Shown here: positions 47,340-60,990 of the stretch, piece by piece | Numbering within the stretch: position 1 is the first letter of the stretch | How the letters are laid out: each line of letters begins with the position of its first letter | Assembly (NCBI GenBank): GCA_051294905.1 | Contig: CM119378.1 | Span: 12,834,001 to 12,898,000, forward strand | From: Botryllus schlosseri | Lineage: Eukaryota | Length of the DNA stretch: 64,000 nucleotides | Direction of reading: 5' to 3' | Program-made: the position numbers and the translations under genes | The notes under the pieces: model-generated | The model's database searches: none | Told to the model about the DNA's origin: nothing | Seen by the model: only the letters and a program-made list of their open reading frames with translations

Positions 47340-49327
47340 GCCTAATTGAATAATTTAATTTCATTGCTGCGATTTTGGAATGTTGCCGAGACGTGTCATT
47401 CGACGATATCATGAAACAAGCAAAATCAAAACTTTGAAACGATAACTATGGTGAATTTTCTTCAAAATTAGCCACAAACAACTGGAGTTTTGGCTATCAG
47501 TTTGCACCACTATGGCATCACTACGTGATCGGTAAGTGACAAAGTGTGAGTGACATCATTATATTTGATTTTTAAACCCAAACAGTATCATTATTGATTA
47601 CGAACGATATCTTATCTGGATCTAGTCGCGCTATGTTACTTGAGAACACAAATGCGACATGGCATGCCTGTGCTTGTTTCCAACGGCCATTATATATATT
47701 AAGCTCAAAGGTCGCGAATCGGTAGCACGTTGGACGCGTGAAAAGTTTGCACACGCGAGTACTTTATTATCGCAATACAAGTAATATCCTTATCGGATAA
47801 ACCTTAATAAAAGCGCGAGTAACGTAAATAGGCATACGGATTAATGATGATGTAGTGATTATGAGTGTAGGTTTAATGATTAATATGTGGATGTTTGAAA
47901 GAACGCTTGGTCGGGCAATAACGTCAAATAGTTCAGTACAATGCATTCGTACCAAGCGGTGTGCTCTCTAAACAAACTATGAATTGTCCATTTAAAATTT
48001 GCGAACAGGTGTTAAGAGTAAATAACGGGCTTCGCTGTATAGCTGGCATATGCTCCGCTTAGAGGCACGCTCTTTTTCTTTTAGACTTTGAGGCCTAATT
48101 CGGACTAACCCAGATTTGCGAAAATCCTTTAAGCCATCATCCTCTGCAGCGCAGTCGCTGCGCTCTGTTAAAATCGCCTAATGCGAAGCGTGGCGCCTGC
48201 TATTTACTCAGCACGCGACGTACGTGTTGAAAGAATACTGTCCTCGGCTTATATACCAGCTTCTTGCAATTTAGTGACGGGGAGTAGAAACAGGCCTGCT
48301 AGCTATAAATGTATAAATAAAAATGTTAAATCCGGATCACTCGGACCATAGAAAACGACGTGAAAATATCTTGGCTGTTTCTTTTCATCACCGTCAATTA
48401 CGCATTTGTTCAATCCGATAAGGGGTTGATAATATGAAATTGTGTGTTTCTGTTTTATGTACTTTGGTATTCTCGAAACGAATTTGTTTCCTCCTTGGTG
48501 TGCTGCGCGAAAGCGGGTAGGGCGGAAGTTGACTTTGGGAACTGTTGCTTGGCATTATTAGTGACGGTGGAATTAGGGGTATGCAGAATTGGGGAAATCA
48601 AAATCACAAACTTGTTAATCACTGTCATTGGCTTCATATACGATTTTTCGACATCTTGTTCCGTGCTTCACCGACAAATTTACGACATCTTTCTTTCCTT
48701 CCTATAACTTCTCAAGAGTCCAAAATTAGGTAAAGCGCTGCTCAGGAGCTGTGTATCTATACGCAACGTATTTAATTAGACTGAATTGGAGGCAATAAAA
48801 TCGTTCACAACGAACGTGGCGCGCACACATGCGATCGTAAAATAGCGAAGTAAGCCGTATAAAGATTTATGGCAGCGTGCTCCGTGATGTGAGATGAGCT
48901 TTATATCGCGACCGCGGAAAGTTTTACGACCTCCGCAAAATTTCGTTTCAAACCCCGTTTTCAGGCCGTCGGCGGCTATTCGAAAACAGGTTATTCATAG
49001 TGCGATCCATAACATCGAGTGTTGTGAATAGCAAACATATACTTTGACCAAGGAATAGCGTGTTTGAGCCCGCCCTGTTTTCCAAAAATAGCCCCTATAC
49101 GTATAATATAGGGGCTGCGTCAAATAGCGCCACGCCCTATAATTTAAAACAATCGTGTTGTAATATAAACTCGTTAAGTGTCACCACCCCAATACGTGGC
49201 GCGCGTAAACATAACCCACTGTCACATCTGGATATACCTCCATATGATTTGGTATATTTGGCCAATAACCACCAATTATAAAATGGGACGACAACGGAGT
49301 TGCTGACTCGATAACCTTGCTGTTGCT

Positions 49328-49724
49328 TAGGGTTACCATACGTCCTCCTTCAAGAGGATTTGTCCTCCTTTTTCAGGTTTTTGTAAATGTCCTCCGAGAA
49401 CGCCTAAATGTCATCCTTTTTGGCAATTCGTCCTCCTTTACAGCTTTTAGAGCTAAGATAATGGATAGATTCCAGTGAAAATGGGCATAAATGACGCATA
49501 CGTGGTTCGATCGAAAGCGACGACCTTTTTTTTAGTCAACACTACTAATTTTAAGTAAAAAGTGTGTAAATCGGAAGTCGAACGAAAGAGATGACTTTTT
49601 GTAGTCAACCCACCAAAATTTTCAGGAAAATTAGCGAAATCGGCTGATTTCAGTTATGATTAACTAACTTTTCTGATTCGGTAAAGGTGTCCTCCTTTCA
49701 CGATTCCAAAATATGGTAACCCTA
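49328..49724. mobile_element. hAT Blackjack-like MITE
   Basis: TIRs tagggttaccata and tatggtaacccta, with repeated tgtcctcc subterminal motifs. TSD is degenerate. Confidence 0.75.
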
Positions 49725-51419
49725 CTGATATTTCGCTCGCCATCGTTAAAATGGAGAGGTGATGCAGCCGAAAACAAACTGTCTTCCTTCATTCGTTCGG
49801 ACATTGTACCCAAAACATAAACCGTAAGACATAATCATTACATCGTTGAAAGTGGAATATACGTTGATTGCTCTCAGTATATACTTTCATTTATCGAGCA
49901 CGAGTCTCGTGAGCTATCTGCTAAAACAAATATACAATTGTTGCCGAACACATTGAACTCCTTTCAAAAGAAATCGTGTCTATATGTTCCGGTGTTATGA
50001 GGCGTGGCGATAGCCGTCGATAGCGGTGGTTGAAAGTTTTCCCAACGGACAATAATACGTCACGAAAATCACATCCTACACACACCTTTATCTATATTTG
50101 CTTTACGTACGCCGGACGGTTAGGACATAACAAACAATGCTCACGGTCGATAGCTATATCACAAAATGATATACTCCATTGACTTTAACAAGGGGATTTA
50201 AAATACCGGGGTACGATCACAATAACAAGAGCTCAGCAAACGCTATCCAGTTACTGTTTCGAAACGTAAATGATGAGTGATTGCTAAGCAGGCTCAAGTA
50301 CATTCTTTTTTACGAAAACGAAGAAGTTCCTAAAATACTGCTTCATGTGGAAACAACAGCTTGTAACTTTACAGCGCACTTAGTATAAAAGCGAATCCGA
50401 CCCAACTTACGATCCGACATGCGTGTCATGTAACCTACATTGTTCGGTTTGGATTAGGTATAGGTTAAAGGTCGAGGTGTTCTATTAGTTGTAAAGAGTC
50501 ATATCAAGTATCACTCACATTATAGGCGTGTCACGATTTTTCGAGTGGAAGCTGGCGTTATTTTACCCTTGCGCACGCCCCAGAATAATATTTTAATGAT
50601 CAAGCTCATCGTACCCACGCATCGAATTTGGGGAATTGGCGTTCGAAATTTTCCTCATATCTCCTGTCCATTTTTATCTTTCACGGTCATCTGTAATGCC
50701 TGTCATTTTATTGGTTTCGGGTTGCTGCGCATGGCGTGAAACATAATATTATTTTTGCAAAGCTGTTTGCTCTCCTTACAAATAGCAAATCGCTTGATTC
50801 CATAGCATTGGGCTACGACGCAAGTCTCACAGAAACTTAAGCAAGTAAAGTACCAAGATCTAAAAAGTGGGTTACGCATCGAGCAGGAACATGATTCATG
50901 ATTAATCGATATCAAACTACAAACTGACTTTAACCATGCAGCGATGTTGTAAATTGTTACAGATTGAAGGTCCATGTCCTGTCCACTTTACGATTTTGAT
51001 ACCCCAGACATGAACATATACATTGTACATTGTACAAGCAACGAAGAAGTCCGAGGCCATCTCATCTCAAGTGCGTCTTGAAAGATAATGAATGAGTCAG
51101 CTTAACCCGGCGGCTTTTGTGTGACCTATTTTGAGACAGCTGACTCGTCGAAATTGAGCTTAACGCCACCGAACGCGACAAGTACCTTCCGCATTCACCT
51201 CGAATATGTCCCGAAACTATAAATGGATGGTGGCTTCGTAAAATAGAAGTCTATGTTCTCTCCAAAGCATTTCCCCTGACTACCAACGCCTATAGGTATA
51301 AGTATAAGTATAAGTATACTTTGTGGTACCGCATGTATTTTCACGGGCAATATGGTTTTCCTCCAATATACCTATTTGACCGATATGCATGCATTGATGT
51401 TCACAATTTGATATTTCAA

Positions 51420-51780
51420 ATCATAGTATTTACGGTTGGCAGAACCATAATAAATATTTATAGAATTTGCCACTGTAAATACTATTTTATTAAAATCCAA
51501 ATTTCCGACTGCAATAACTCCGCTTCCTCTGGTTGGAATTGAGTTAACTTTGGTGAGCATCGTTTCTACAGACCACCTAACATTGGGTGAACAGAAAACT
51601 TTGAAAATTTTGTTATTCATTTTTATAAAATATATAAATAACTTTCTTCTCTCGTAGATATGCGACTATTGGTTGGAATTGAACCAAATTTCGTGTGAAG
51701 CCTTTAATCAGGTAACCTAACAATTTTATCAAGTAGCCAGTACAATTTGAGAAAAGAAAAGTCATATTTGAACACCCCTG
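51420..51780. mobile_element. Partial copy (centre plus right arm) of the foldback family at 39283-40368
   Basis: Collinear similarity to 39590-39723 and 40142-40368. Confidence 0.75.
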
Positions 51781-53479
51781 ATGTAGACTGCGATATTATT
51801 GCCTAGTAATATTCCGTCGCCGTAATTCCCCGTGCCTTGTTTCATATTTTAGAACGACGAAACAGACTGGAAAGAATATCCTCTGAATTAATTTTGTCGT
51901 ATGATCGATTCCTTAACAATATCAATTCAATTTGGACTTTACTTTTGGGCCGCCTTACCATAAAAACGCAGTGATTTATTGTCGATATAAAAAAAATTCG
52001 ACGACGGTTTCTCTCAACCATCGACGATTCAGTATAACCTATACCGATACTTTATAAAGCACTAAAATTTCATCACCAACGAACATGCAGTACCGTGTAT
52101 TCAACTGTAAATCAACAATACAATCACACCGTAGTATTGGAAATTGACCGAGAGGCAGAGTAGCAACAAGCTGTGCAAAATATTAACGAAGATTGAAGAC
52201 GAAGAAGGAAATGGTTCATTGTTGTTTCATAACACTGTCCGATCGCCCGTTGCTCGCTTGACTGAGTCGATCCAGCTATACAGATTCATCAAAATTCGAC
52301 TGAACGAAATGAAAGTCTGCAAAGGATACCAAATCGACAGACCAAACTTTCCTCTTTGCCATACTTTGCAATCTATAAGGGGCGGTCAACGTATGCTGAC
52401 GGTGTAACTGATTAACAATACATTTATCGGTTATTTATCCACGCTAATAGGTATATATCTCCGTATTTCATGCGACCCTGGAGTCAACAAGAATAGAGGC
52501 TTAGAGCAGTATTTATTGATAGCTTTAATAGTTGACGAAATCAATGAAACATCTGTGAACGATCAAGGCTGTCAGCGAGATCTTTGAAGTCTGCATTCCA
52601 TTCAGTTAAATTGGGATCCAACCCTGTCTTGTCAATGTCTATGGTTCAACTACAGTAGAATAGTGCAACTAGATTCATGACAACGTATCCCAGGTTGACA
52701 AACGTGGACTCATTCGGTGACGCATATGTTTCGGATCGAAATTCCTCGTCGTCACTTTCATATTACACAGTGCACAGTGCACAGTGCACACTTACTTAAG
52801 ATCGAAACCAGTAGGAAAATACCTACCGCGCGCCCTGTGGAGCCCGTCCGTGAAGTTTATACTAGTTCGGAGTGCTCGGACTTCGTATATATATTTTTTA
52901 TTATTTCATCATTATGCATGCCCGATAGTGACCCGATAAGCAACAGCTTTTGCCGGCCCATCGAATACTCACTTTTAGCTCCCTATAGTGATGCATCACG
53001 CCATTGCCGAACGATTATACTGCCTGGCGAATTGGGAGGCAATTTTATTTTAAAGTTCTCGTAAATGTCGGAATTTCACACTTTTGCCGTTAGCGTTAGT
53101 AACTGGTCTTGTGAGTTTCGACAGCTAGTTCATCACATGGATATCTAGATCAGGGAGTTCTAGATAGGTTTGGTTCGTCACTACGACGTGGGCTCGCTAA
53201 TACGGAGACGCCTGGTCGCCCGGCGTTATCTGTACTTGTCAGATTTATCGCCTATGTTACACTTTCACCGTGGCGAGCTGACACTCATAACAGTATCTAT
53301 ATCGATATCTCACTCCGATAAATGGTACCGTCGTATTTCTGTGTTGCGGCGACTAGCAGGAAAGAATCTGAAGTGCGGCGTAAGTGACGTCATAAAATTG
53401 ATATATTACATCTGTGGTTCTTAACCTTTACTGATTAACCCGGGGGAAATCGGCCACAACACACACTTGATACAGTACT

Positions 53480-55060
53480 ATTGATTACTGGTGCTCAAAA
53501 TGAACTGTGGACCAACATAGTGTTAAAAGAACAAAACCATCAAAATATGATTTTCACACAGAACAAAAACATTATTGCAAATCAGATACCAGTTCAGAAA
53601 TGCGAGGCTTCCCTTGGAAAATGTCATCGTATTGTTCGGTCGAAACGCAACAGCGTATTTGCAAATGAGCTTACCAATATAGGAGATAGAATGGAAAAGG
53701 CCCATTGAGCATTTCAGAAGGACGGGTTTCGATTACGAACCACCGCTTCTGCCCTGAATATTCGACATAGCATGACGCCATAAGTCGGCAGATATATTGG
53801 AATTTGAAGCAATTCCAGATATGCAGCCATACCGCGTATTCGACATGTCAGAGGCATGGCACCGTTGGTTGGCAGATATATTTCAGTTTGAAGCAATGCC
53901 AGACCTCTGACTCACAGGCTTAAAACAGACACAAGTTTTCACGAGGTCTTCCATATTGGTCGAAGTCGTACGATGTTGCCCCGCGTGGATTACTCCTTGG
54001 TAAGAGATAACTTTAATTGATCTTTCGGTATGATTGACTGATATATGCTACCCGTATTGGATTTAATCAATTTGTTATGGCGCGGGGAAGTCGTTTCGTG
54101 TCGTGACTCATAACCACTGGAGGATTGTTGGTCGTAGACATGAGTTTGCGGTACGATTATCCCATAATTCCGATGAGACTCATGGAATCGCTGACAGTGG
54201 ATTATTCCAGTCCGATGAGTCGCTATATCTGGACATGGTGTAATCATTTTAGCGCACCGATCGTGGAATCGCAATCCCTGGTTTAGAACCGGTTGATTGT
54301 CACTTAGATATTATTCCCGACACGCCCTAACTGGTTTCGCAGAAGCAAGGAAATAAAACGTTTGTAATCAGACCGCATCATTGGCTTTCTATGGGTAGTA
54401 AACAACTTCGAAGAACAATCCCCGTATCTTACTATGTAAGCCTCTTCTACCTTCACGTTGGAGAGAAAAAAGCAGTTTCACTGGCGTATTCTCCCCGCTG
54501 CTGGTACTACGCCCGCAGGTTGATGTTTTGAGTTTCACTACTACTCCGCCGGTTCTTCCCGCCAAAACGTCCGTACTACGTCTCATCAATAACATGTATG
54601 TTATGCACTACGGGAAGTACTCAAAATACCAGCATAGTCTCCGCAATTGCCGACAGGAAGCGCCTATGGGTTTAACGAATGAGGATACGACCTTTCGAGG
54701 AAGCGCGGCCCGATTGTTTTACAGAACCCAGCTCGCTGGCGAATTTCCTTTCGGCTCCATCTGATGCGCTGCGAATACAGGGAGTGAAATACGACCCGGA
54801 GCGACATGCGAATTTACTACAAGATGGTATGACTGGCGTTGCAGCGTGGTTTCCCGCCACTTTTCGCGAGAATAGAGAAGCTCTCAAATCCATACCAGGA
54901 ATATATTCCAGTCGTAAACAGAAATTATCCATCATGGTGAAGATAGTTATCCAACGCAATGAATCACTGTTCCGAGTGTGCCGTGTTTACGAAACTTTAC
55001 GGTGCGGCCAGACTTCGCGCGCTGCAAGCTTGAGTGATTCTTGCACGGTGCTGTGGTCTC
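53480..55060 (-). pseudogene. Highly decayed Gypsy-like pol remnant (RNase H to integrase)
   Basis: SLRWITIFTMMDNFCLRLEYIPGMDLRASLFSR resembles RL.RW...L..Y.F.IEY.PG..N..AD.LSR. It is followed in the expected order by CQRFHESHRNYGI, NMEDLVKTCVCF (zinc-finger-like) and a GPQF-like remnant. Many stops. It may extend to about 58000. Confidence 0.45.
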
Positions 55061-58000
55061 CGCAGATTCAAGGGGGATCATCCTTTGTTATGTTTCACTC
55101 CACATATACTCGAAATAATAGTTATGAAAACAAACATTGTCATCGTGAATAATCGGCTAGGTTCGCAAATCCCTAGATATTTAGTCTAATCATCCCATAC
55201 CAGTTGCCAAATGTCAAAATTATGCGGTTTCGCCTTGTCGCAGTTGTAACGTATTGCGTTTCTATATGATTATGCGAAATCCCTCTGCGTCCGAATAGAC
55301 GCGTGGGGACTGATGCAATGCGCGACCATAGGGCCATCGAGACTCACCATAAGCAGGAATACTTTGCCGTTAAGTCGCATACCAAATAGTGCGCAGTATA
55401 GTGTAAACTGTATTGAATATAATTGGTACATCAATGAGAAAAAAATGTATTGACGGTGTACATAAGTTTGGTGCTGTTCTCAAAGACAGTGTGACGAATG
55501 ACATATTAGCATTGGAGGCGAGTATTCCACTATTGCTTGGCTTCGGTAACATGATTTTTTAATGTTAGGAATCATAACATCGTAACAAAACAGCGAATTT
55601 CGCAATATATTGCGGAAAGTCCGTTATCTTGATTCACATCACATTCATAGCTGGAGCAGTGTAAACCGCGTCGTTTATGTACGCCACGCTGCACGCACTA
55701 TAAATCTCTGATAAGGCTCTAACAATGCTGGCATTGTAATTTGTTTTTTATTTCAATTTAGTACTAGAGCGATGCCCGAAGGCTCGTAGTAAAACGCACT
55801 CGTGCACTTACTATGTTACGGCCTCCATAACAAGCGAGTCATAAATTGGTGGGAAAAATCCTTTGGCAGCAATTAAGACACCGACCACATAAATTCCCGG
55901 AAAAGTCACAACGGCAGCTACATGTAATATGAATCAGCAGGCAACAATACTCGCGGTTGAAGAAATCTCTGCAATTATGTAGGGTCATCAGAATTTTGAG
56001 TCGCAGTCATATTAGATCTTTTACGCTTATGTCACTGAATCTATTTTTATGGATATAGCCGTAATAAAATGTATATTTCCCTTGGCATGAACCCTATAAC
56101 ATAAACCATAACGAATTGTTTTCCGATGGTTCGTACTCCCAAAATGAGATTTAAGCCCCAATTGTAGTCAATTAGAGCTTTGCCAGCGTAACAAATTGTC
56201 TTCAGATTGGGTAGCATACACCGCCATTGGTTGCAACATTAACTGAATGTCGAATATGTTATGGTCGCTAATGATGTTTTTCGTCTAACCGGAAACCTGA
56301 CGAGTGTTGTAATTTACTTGATCCAGATTTAATGGTTTCAAGAAATTTCACGTAGTTCGAGACACAGGTTGGAAACCACGGCGGGCTCGAAGTACGGGTG
56401 TCACGTTCGCTCTTTTCTCTCGGTGCTTCCAATATCTAAATGCCTCTTATGTTCTATTCAGAGGATATCAGTGACTACTCCCGATTCATTCGTGTTTTGA
56501 ATTACACCGATTAGAGGGTATTACACGTCTCTGGACGGATCCCATGTATTTTTCTAAGAGATAATATAAAGCAGTATGAGCAGTTGATGGTGCAAAAGTC
56601 GGAAACTCCCATGCAAACCGTACTTTGACATTGAAGTTGTTTGCTTTTTCCCACGGCTACTTTACGTTTTAATTAAAACTTTTAAGCCAATTCCGTCCAA
56701 TATGACCCATTCGCGAATGCTAGTGACATGTGGCTTTTGACACCAACCATGCGATTTGACACTGTGGTGTGATTAGGCTGTCCTACATTATAAGTTCATT
56801 TTGTGTACCAATCCAAGTATTCGACAGGATGTCCATATCTTTACTGTAGTTGTGAAGATGTCATTTGCCCCCGTTGTGATTCACACATACGCGACGTTTT
56901 TGGCGTCGTCATGAAACGGCTTTCCTATAGCAGGAATTCAATCGTTTAATTTGACTGTGTGAATACATTGTCACCGCAGCTCTCGACAACTGTATCTGGT
57001 ATTATCCAATGATTCGCATTGATATACGTTCACTGCAAAATTTCCTGGAACGGGGCTGTTACCAAATATCAAGCATCCATAGTTATACCGTTGCCAACAC
57101 TGTAACTGTCATATTTAAGTTTAATACCAAACATTAGCGAAACAGTTTTCGAGTTTTTGACGATTATAAATTCGCCGTCGGGGCTTAAGAGTTTAAAATC
57201 ACACACTTTCACCACTGAAGCAAAGTCAAATAAATGATCACGGATACACTAGGCCACTAAAAACTTGGGTGCGCTGGATTGGACTGCCGAGTAGAGCAGC
57301 TTCAAATATTCTTTGTATTGTGACCCACAGACTGTACCAGCAGATCGTATTATGATCTACGAGGCCATAAAATCAACACGCCAAGGCAGTACATTTACGC
57401 CCATATTGTGCGTTATTACTGTGCAATGCGTGCATCCTTCGTCGAAATTTATTAAGACTGGCAGTTATATGGAATAGCCAAATCCCTAATAAGCTACATT
57501 GCAAATCCAAATTGAGTAGGAAAAGATTGTAGAATTAGCGCTGCTTGATATGAGACGACCGCAGCGATATCAAATAAACTTTATATACTTTATGCTGAAT
57601 GCACAGATTGCACGATGGAAGTGTTCATTGGTAATACGGATGTAATCTTGTGCATTAAGCATTTATACTACACTATCAATTCTGTGCAATACTCCCTTTC
57701 TACCACGTCCTGTGGTTATACAAGTGAGGTTGTAAATATATTATCGCACCTTTTATTACGGATTCGCGAGCTGTTAACTCGGGGGTGAAGTGTTGTGCAC
57801 GTAATCATATCGATGATTCGGCATTAGTCTTGAGAGTATTGACATGTGGAATCACCAATTACCTCCAGCAATCCATCATATTTCCGTGGTGTTTTCTGAA
57901 GTATCCATGCCGACTAGCTCTTCTTTACGAGGGTGAACCTTTTGTCTAAAATCATACAAATAAGCTGTTGAATTCGCGCGCAAGGCTTCATATTATAGAG

Positions 58001-58477
58001 AGCATACGCACGCACAACTGTCACGAGTCAAAACACATGTCGATTGGTACTCACTGCGGGAGTATATAGTGCATTGTGCAGTCGATAGTTAGTCCGCCTT
58101 TGTTCTCGTAATAATCATGTCATTGCCTGCTGTCGGCGCAAGAGAAATTTAGCAAGCAAGATGCCGCTAAAATAATATACCAAAACACATCATTAACTGC
58201 CTTCTAATGACCGAAACTGATTACAATTCTGCTGCTGGGTTAGGTCACTTCGGTTCAACCAACTTTGTTGAAAATACTACAGCAACAGATGTGTAATTTT
58301 ATGCAAAAATGGCTAAGGACTCATCAGAAGTCTGATGTATGCGTGTTGTACGACGAATAGAGTAGATATGTATTGGTAATTCCGGGCGACGTCTTTGCCC
58401 TGTACAACACTTGAGATATTCATCAATTTCGTGGGTATGATCAAGATGCAGAAATGTGGTCACCGGTCAATGGTCAT

Positions 58478-59433
58478 TAGGGCTGTTCAAATATAACTTT
58501 TTCTCCCGGATTGCAGCCATTCACTGATTAAATTGTCAGGTTACCATAAAGAACGCTGCACACCAACTTTGGTTCAATTCTAACAAGTATAGGACTCCGC
58601 GGATCCTATTAAAATTTTTAATTTATCAGGGAAAATTAAGAAAAAAAAATTCAAATTTTTCTGCCAACCCGCTTCTACTGGTCAGAATTGAGTCAAATTT
58701 GTTTTGCATCGTCTTTGAAGACAGTCAGTCAGTCAGTCAGTCACCTCGGAGACAAAAGCGCACAAGTACAGCACACGCGCGTCAACGAAGAACAACTACC
58801 ATATGATCAGGACTGAATACAAGAAAACGCATTGCTCTATCAAGTATGCCGGACCCCAATTGTGGAACAGCATCTCGCCGGCTATCCGACAGTCGTCGAG
58901 CATGTCCGCATTCAAGTCGAAATACAAGCAATTTCTTCTAAATCAATACTAGCCAGTCTTCAGGATTACCGGACCACGACCTAACATCGACCTCGCCCTC
59001 CGCCACATACCACCCCATTTTGTCGCTTGCGTCTTATATTCTCTGCATTACTTTTCATTCAGTGTGCATGCCTCTTATTTACTTCGCCTAGGCTAAGGTG
59101 GGTGTCTGATCTTAATGGCTACTCCAAGTTGTTTCGACACCCTCCTATCTTTTCATTGTATCACAGTCTTGTGATGTTTTGAAACGATGAAAATATTAAT
59201 AAACCTGACTGACTGACTTTGAAGACAGCTCAACAATTTCATGGGGTTTACAGAAAAAGATGATTTTTTTTTCTAGTTTTCCATCATAAATTAAAAATTT
59301 TAATTGGATCTGCGGAGTCCTATACTTGTTAGAATTGAACCAAACTTGGTGTGCAGCGTTTTTTAGGGTAACCTGACAATTTAATCAGTGAATGGCTGGA
59401 ATCCGGGAAAAAAGTTATTTTTGAACAGCCCTA
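58478..59433. mobile_element. hAT-like foldback element with about 150-bp TIRs
   Basis: Termini tagggctgttcaaa and tttgaacagcccta. Perfect TSD atggtcat at 58470-58477 and 59434-59441. Confidence 0.88.
58725..59216 (+). mobile_element. 5'-truncated CR1/L2-clade LINE insertion with 12-bp TSD
   Basis: TSD ctttgaagacag at 58713-58724 and 59217-59228. ORF2 end ...SIKYAGPQLWNSISPAIRQSSSMSAFKSKYKQFLLNQY*. 3' UTR ends AATAAA plus (ctga)n. Confidence 0.88.
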
Positions 59434-59717
59434 ATGGTCATTGGCCATCTTAGTGAACCCCGACAGATTATAGAAGTGTATGTGTGCACTGTGCAGTGTG
59501 CACTGAGAAAGTGATTCTTCTGTATGTCATTTGGAGATATTCATTGATTCCGGCCATGTTTTCGACTCATCGATTTGTATCGGCTGTTTATTTGTTTAGT
59601 TAGATAATACATACCATTGTTGACGTACACAGTGCCAAATTCGTCACCTTTAGCATTCGAATTTACCATTTCAACTCAAGGGTACGTGCGTGGGGATTCC
59701 CGCGTAATGCTTTAGAA

Positions 59718-59920
59718 CAGTGGTTCCCAACCTTTTTCGACCGATCGCCCCCTTTTCGAGGTCAACACCGATCATCGCCCCCCAAATTTTGTGCACCGAT
59801 AATTGGGCATACAGACTGTAATCACCGGCGGGTTGACTAAAAAAAAAAAAAAAAAAGGTCATCTTTCTCCGCTCAGAGCTGAAAATAACGTTCTTTCTCT
59901 CCAAATTGCTAGGTGGATGA

Positions 59921-59953
<33 letters not shown>

Positions 59954-60123
59954 TCAGCCGTTTTGACGCGTCATCGCCCCCCTATCGCCCCCTTCGCTAT
60001 TTTCGCCCCCCATCGCCCCCTTTGTCCATTTTCGCCCCCCTATCGCCCCCTTCGTCATTTTCGCCCCCCTAGATCGCCAAATCGCCCCCTGGGGGGCGAT
60101 ATCGCCCACGTTGGGAACCACTG
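59718..60123. mobile_element. hAT (Buster-type) MITE with internal poly(A) tracts and (TCGCCCCC)n repeats
   Basis: TIRs cagtggttcccaac and gttgggaaccactg. Perfect TSD ctttagaa at 59710-59717 and 60124-60131. Confidence 0.9.
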
Positions 60124-60871
60124 CTTTAGAATAAAACTTCGGGGATTTTCAGCGGTATAAAAATGCAAAGCGCCGTGACGAAGTTGAAAAGCAAGCAATG
60201 GTTTACGTCTAGTATTTACCTTATTATCTCATACGCTCGCCATCGTAGTAATATTCCCGTGTTTTACCAGAGCGAAACGACATATTTTGCAAACATCGCA
60301 GATAAGGCCATAACGAAAGCAAGCAATCGGGCGTCGTTTATCGTAGCAGCGTTGTAGTACTACGCAGAGTAGTAGTACTACGCAGAGTAATCACGAAAAA
60401 GTGGGAGAGATAAGGAGAAAAAATCTGGCCGAGGTTCATCTTTCGTCGGCCGAGAGAAGGGCTGATCGAGAAAAATATATCATAAGAGACCGAGCGTACT
60501 CCAAACAGCGAGTATTTTGCCATGGGCGTTGCGTAGTAAAGCTAGTGCAGGCGCCGGTGAGCCATCAGACTGTAGTACCGTAACGGCGCGCTCGATTGTT
60601 TGTATTTTTAGCAGACAGGCCTGGACTTGAAGCGCTCTCGGTTTTACTTTTTTCTAGTTGGCCGAAAGACAAAGAAAGACGTTGAAGGACCGACTTTTCA
60701 TTTCGTATCAGGTCATGGCACCTTATATACAGTATCGGTGAGATCAGGTTATATTCCGAGACCGCATAACAGCAGCGTGCATTTACGATGCGAAATAATT
60801 ATTCGTATCAGCTAGTTTGATTGTAAGTTGTTGCGTCACGCGTTTTGAGTTGTTATTCGCGCTTAGTTTGG

Positions 60872-60890
60872 CAATATAAATATAAGTGTG
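60872..60890 (+). promoter_or_regulatory. Possible TATA-like element upstream of the CDK inhibitor gene
   Basis: caatataaatataag about 110 nt before the ATG. No transcript evidence. Confidence 0.3.
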
Positions 60891-60990
60891 CCGCAAATAC
60901 CGTTAAGTGCTTTTGTTAATCAGCTCAATACTAATTCGATTGTTGCTTTTCTTAGTCAAGTATAAGCTATCTCCCGACACTGCCGCTACT

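Noticed and set aside
54679-55152. 157-aa plus-strand ORF
   Set aside because: Best explained as the antisense shadow of the decayed Gypsy RNase H region.
60907-60990. GTG-initiated N-terminal extension of the CDKN1 ORF, and read-through to 61821 in the ORF track
   Set aside because: The first ATG is at 60991, and the strong donor at 61739 with a phase-matched exon 2 explains the structure better.
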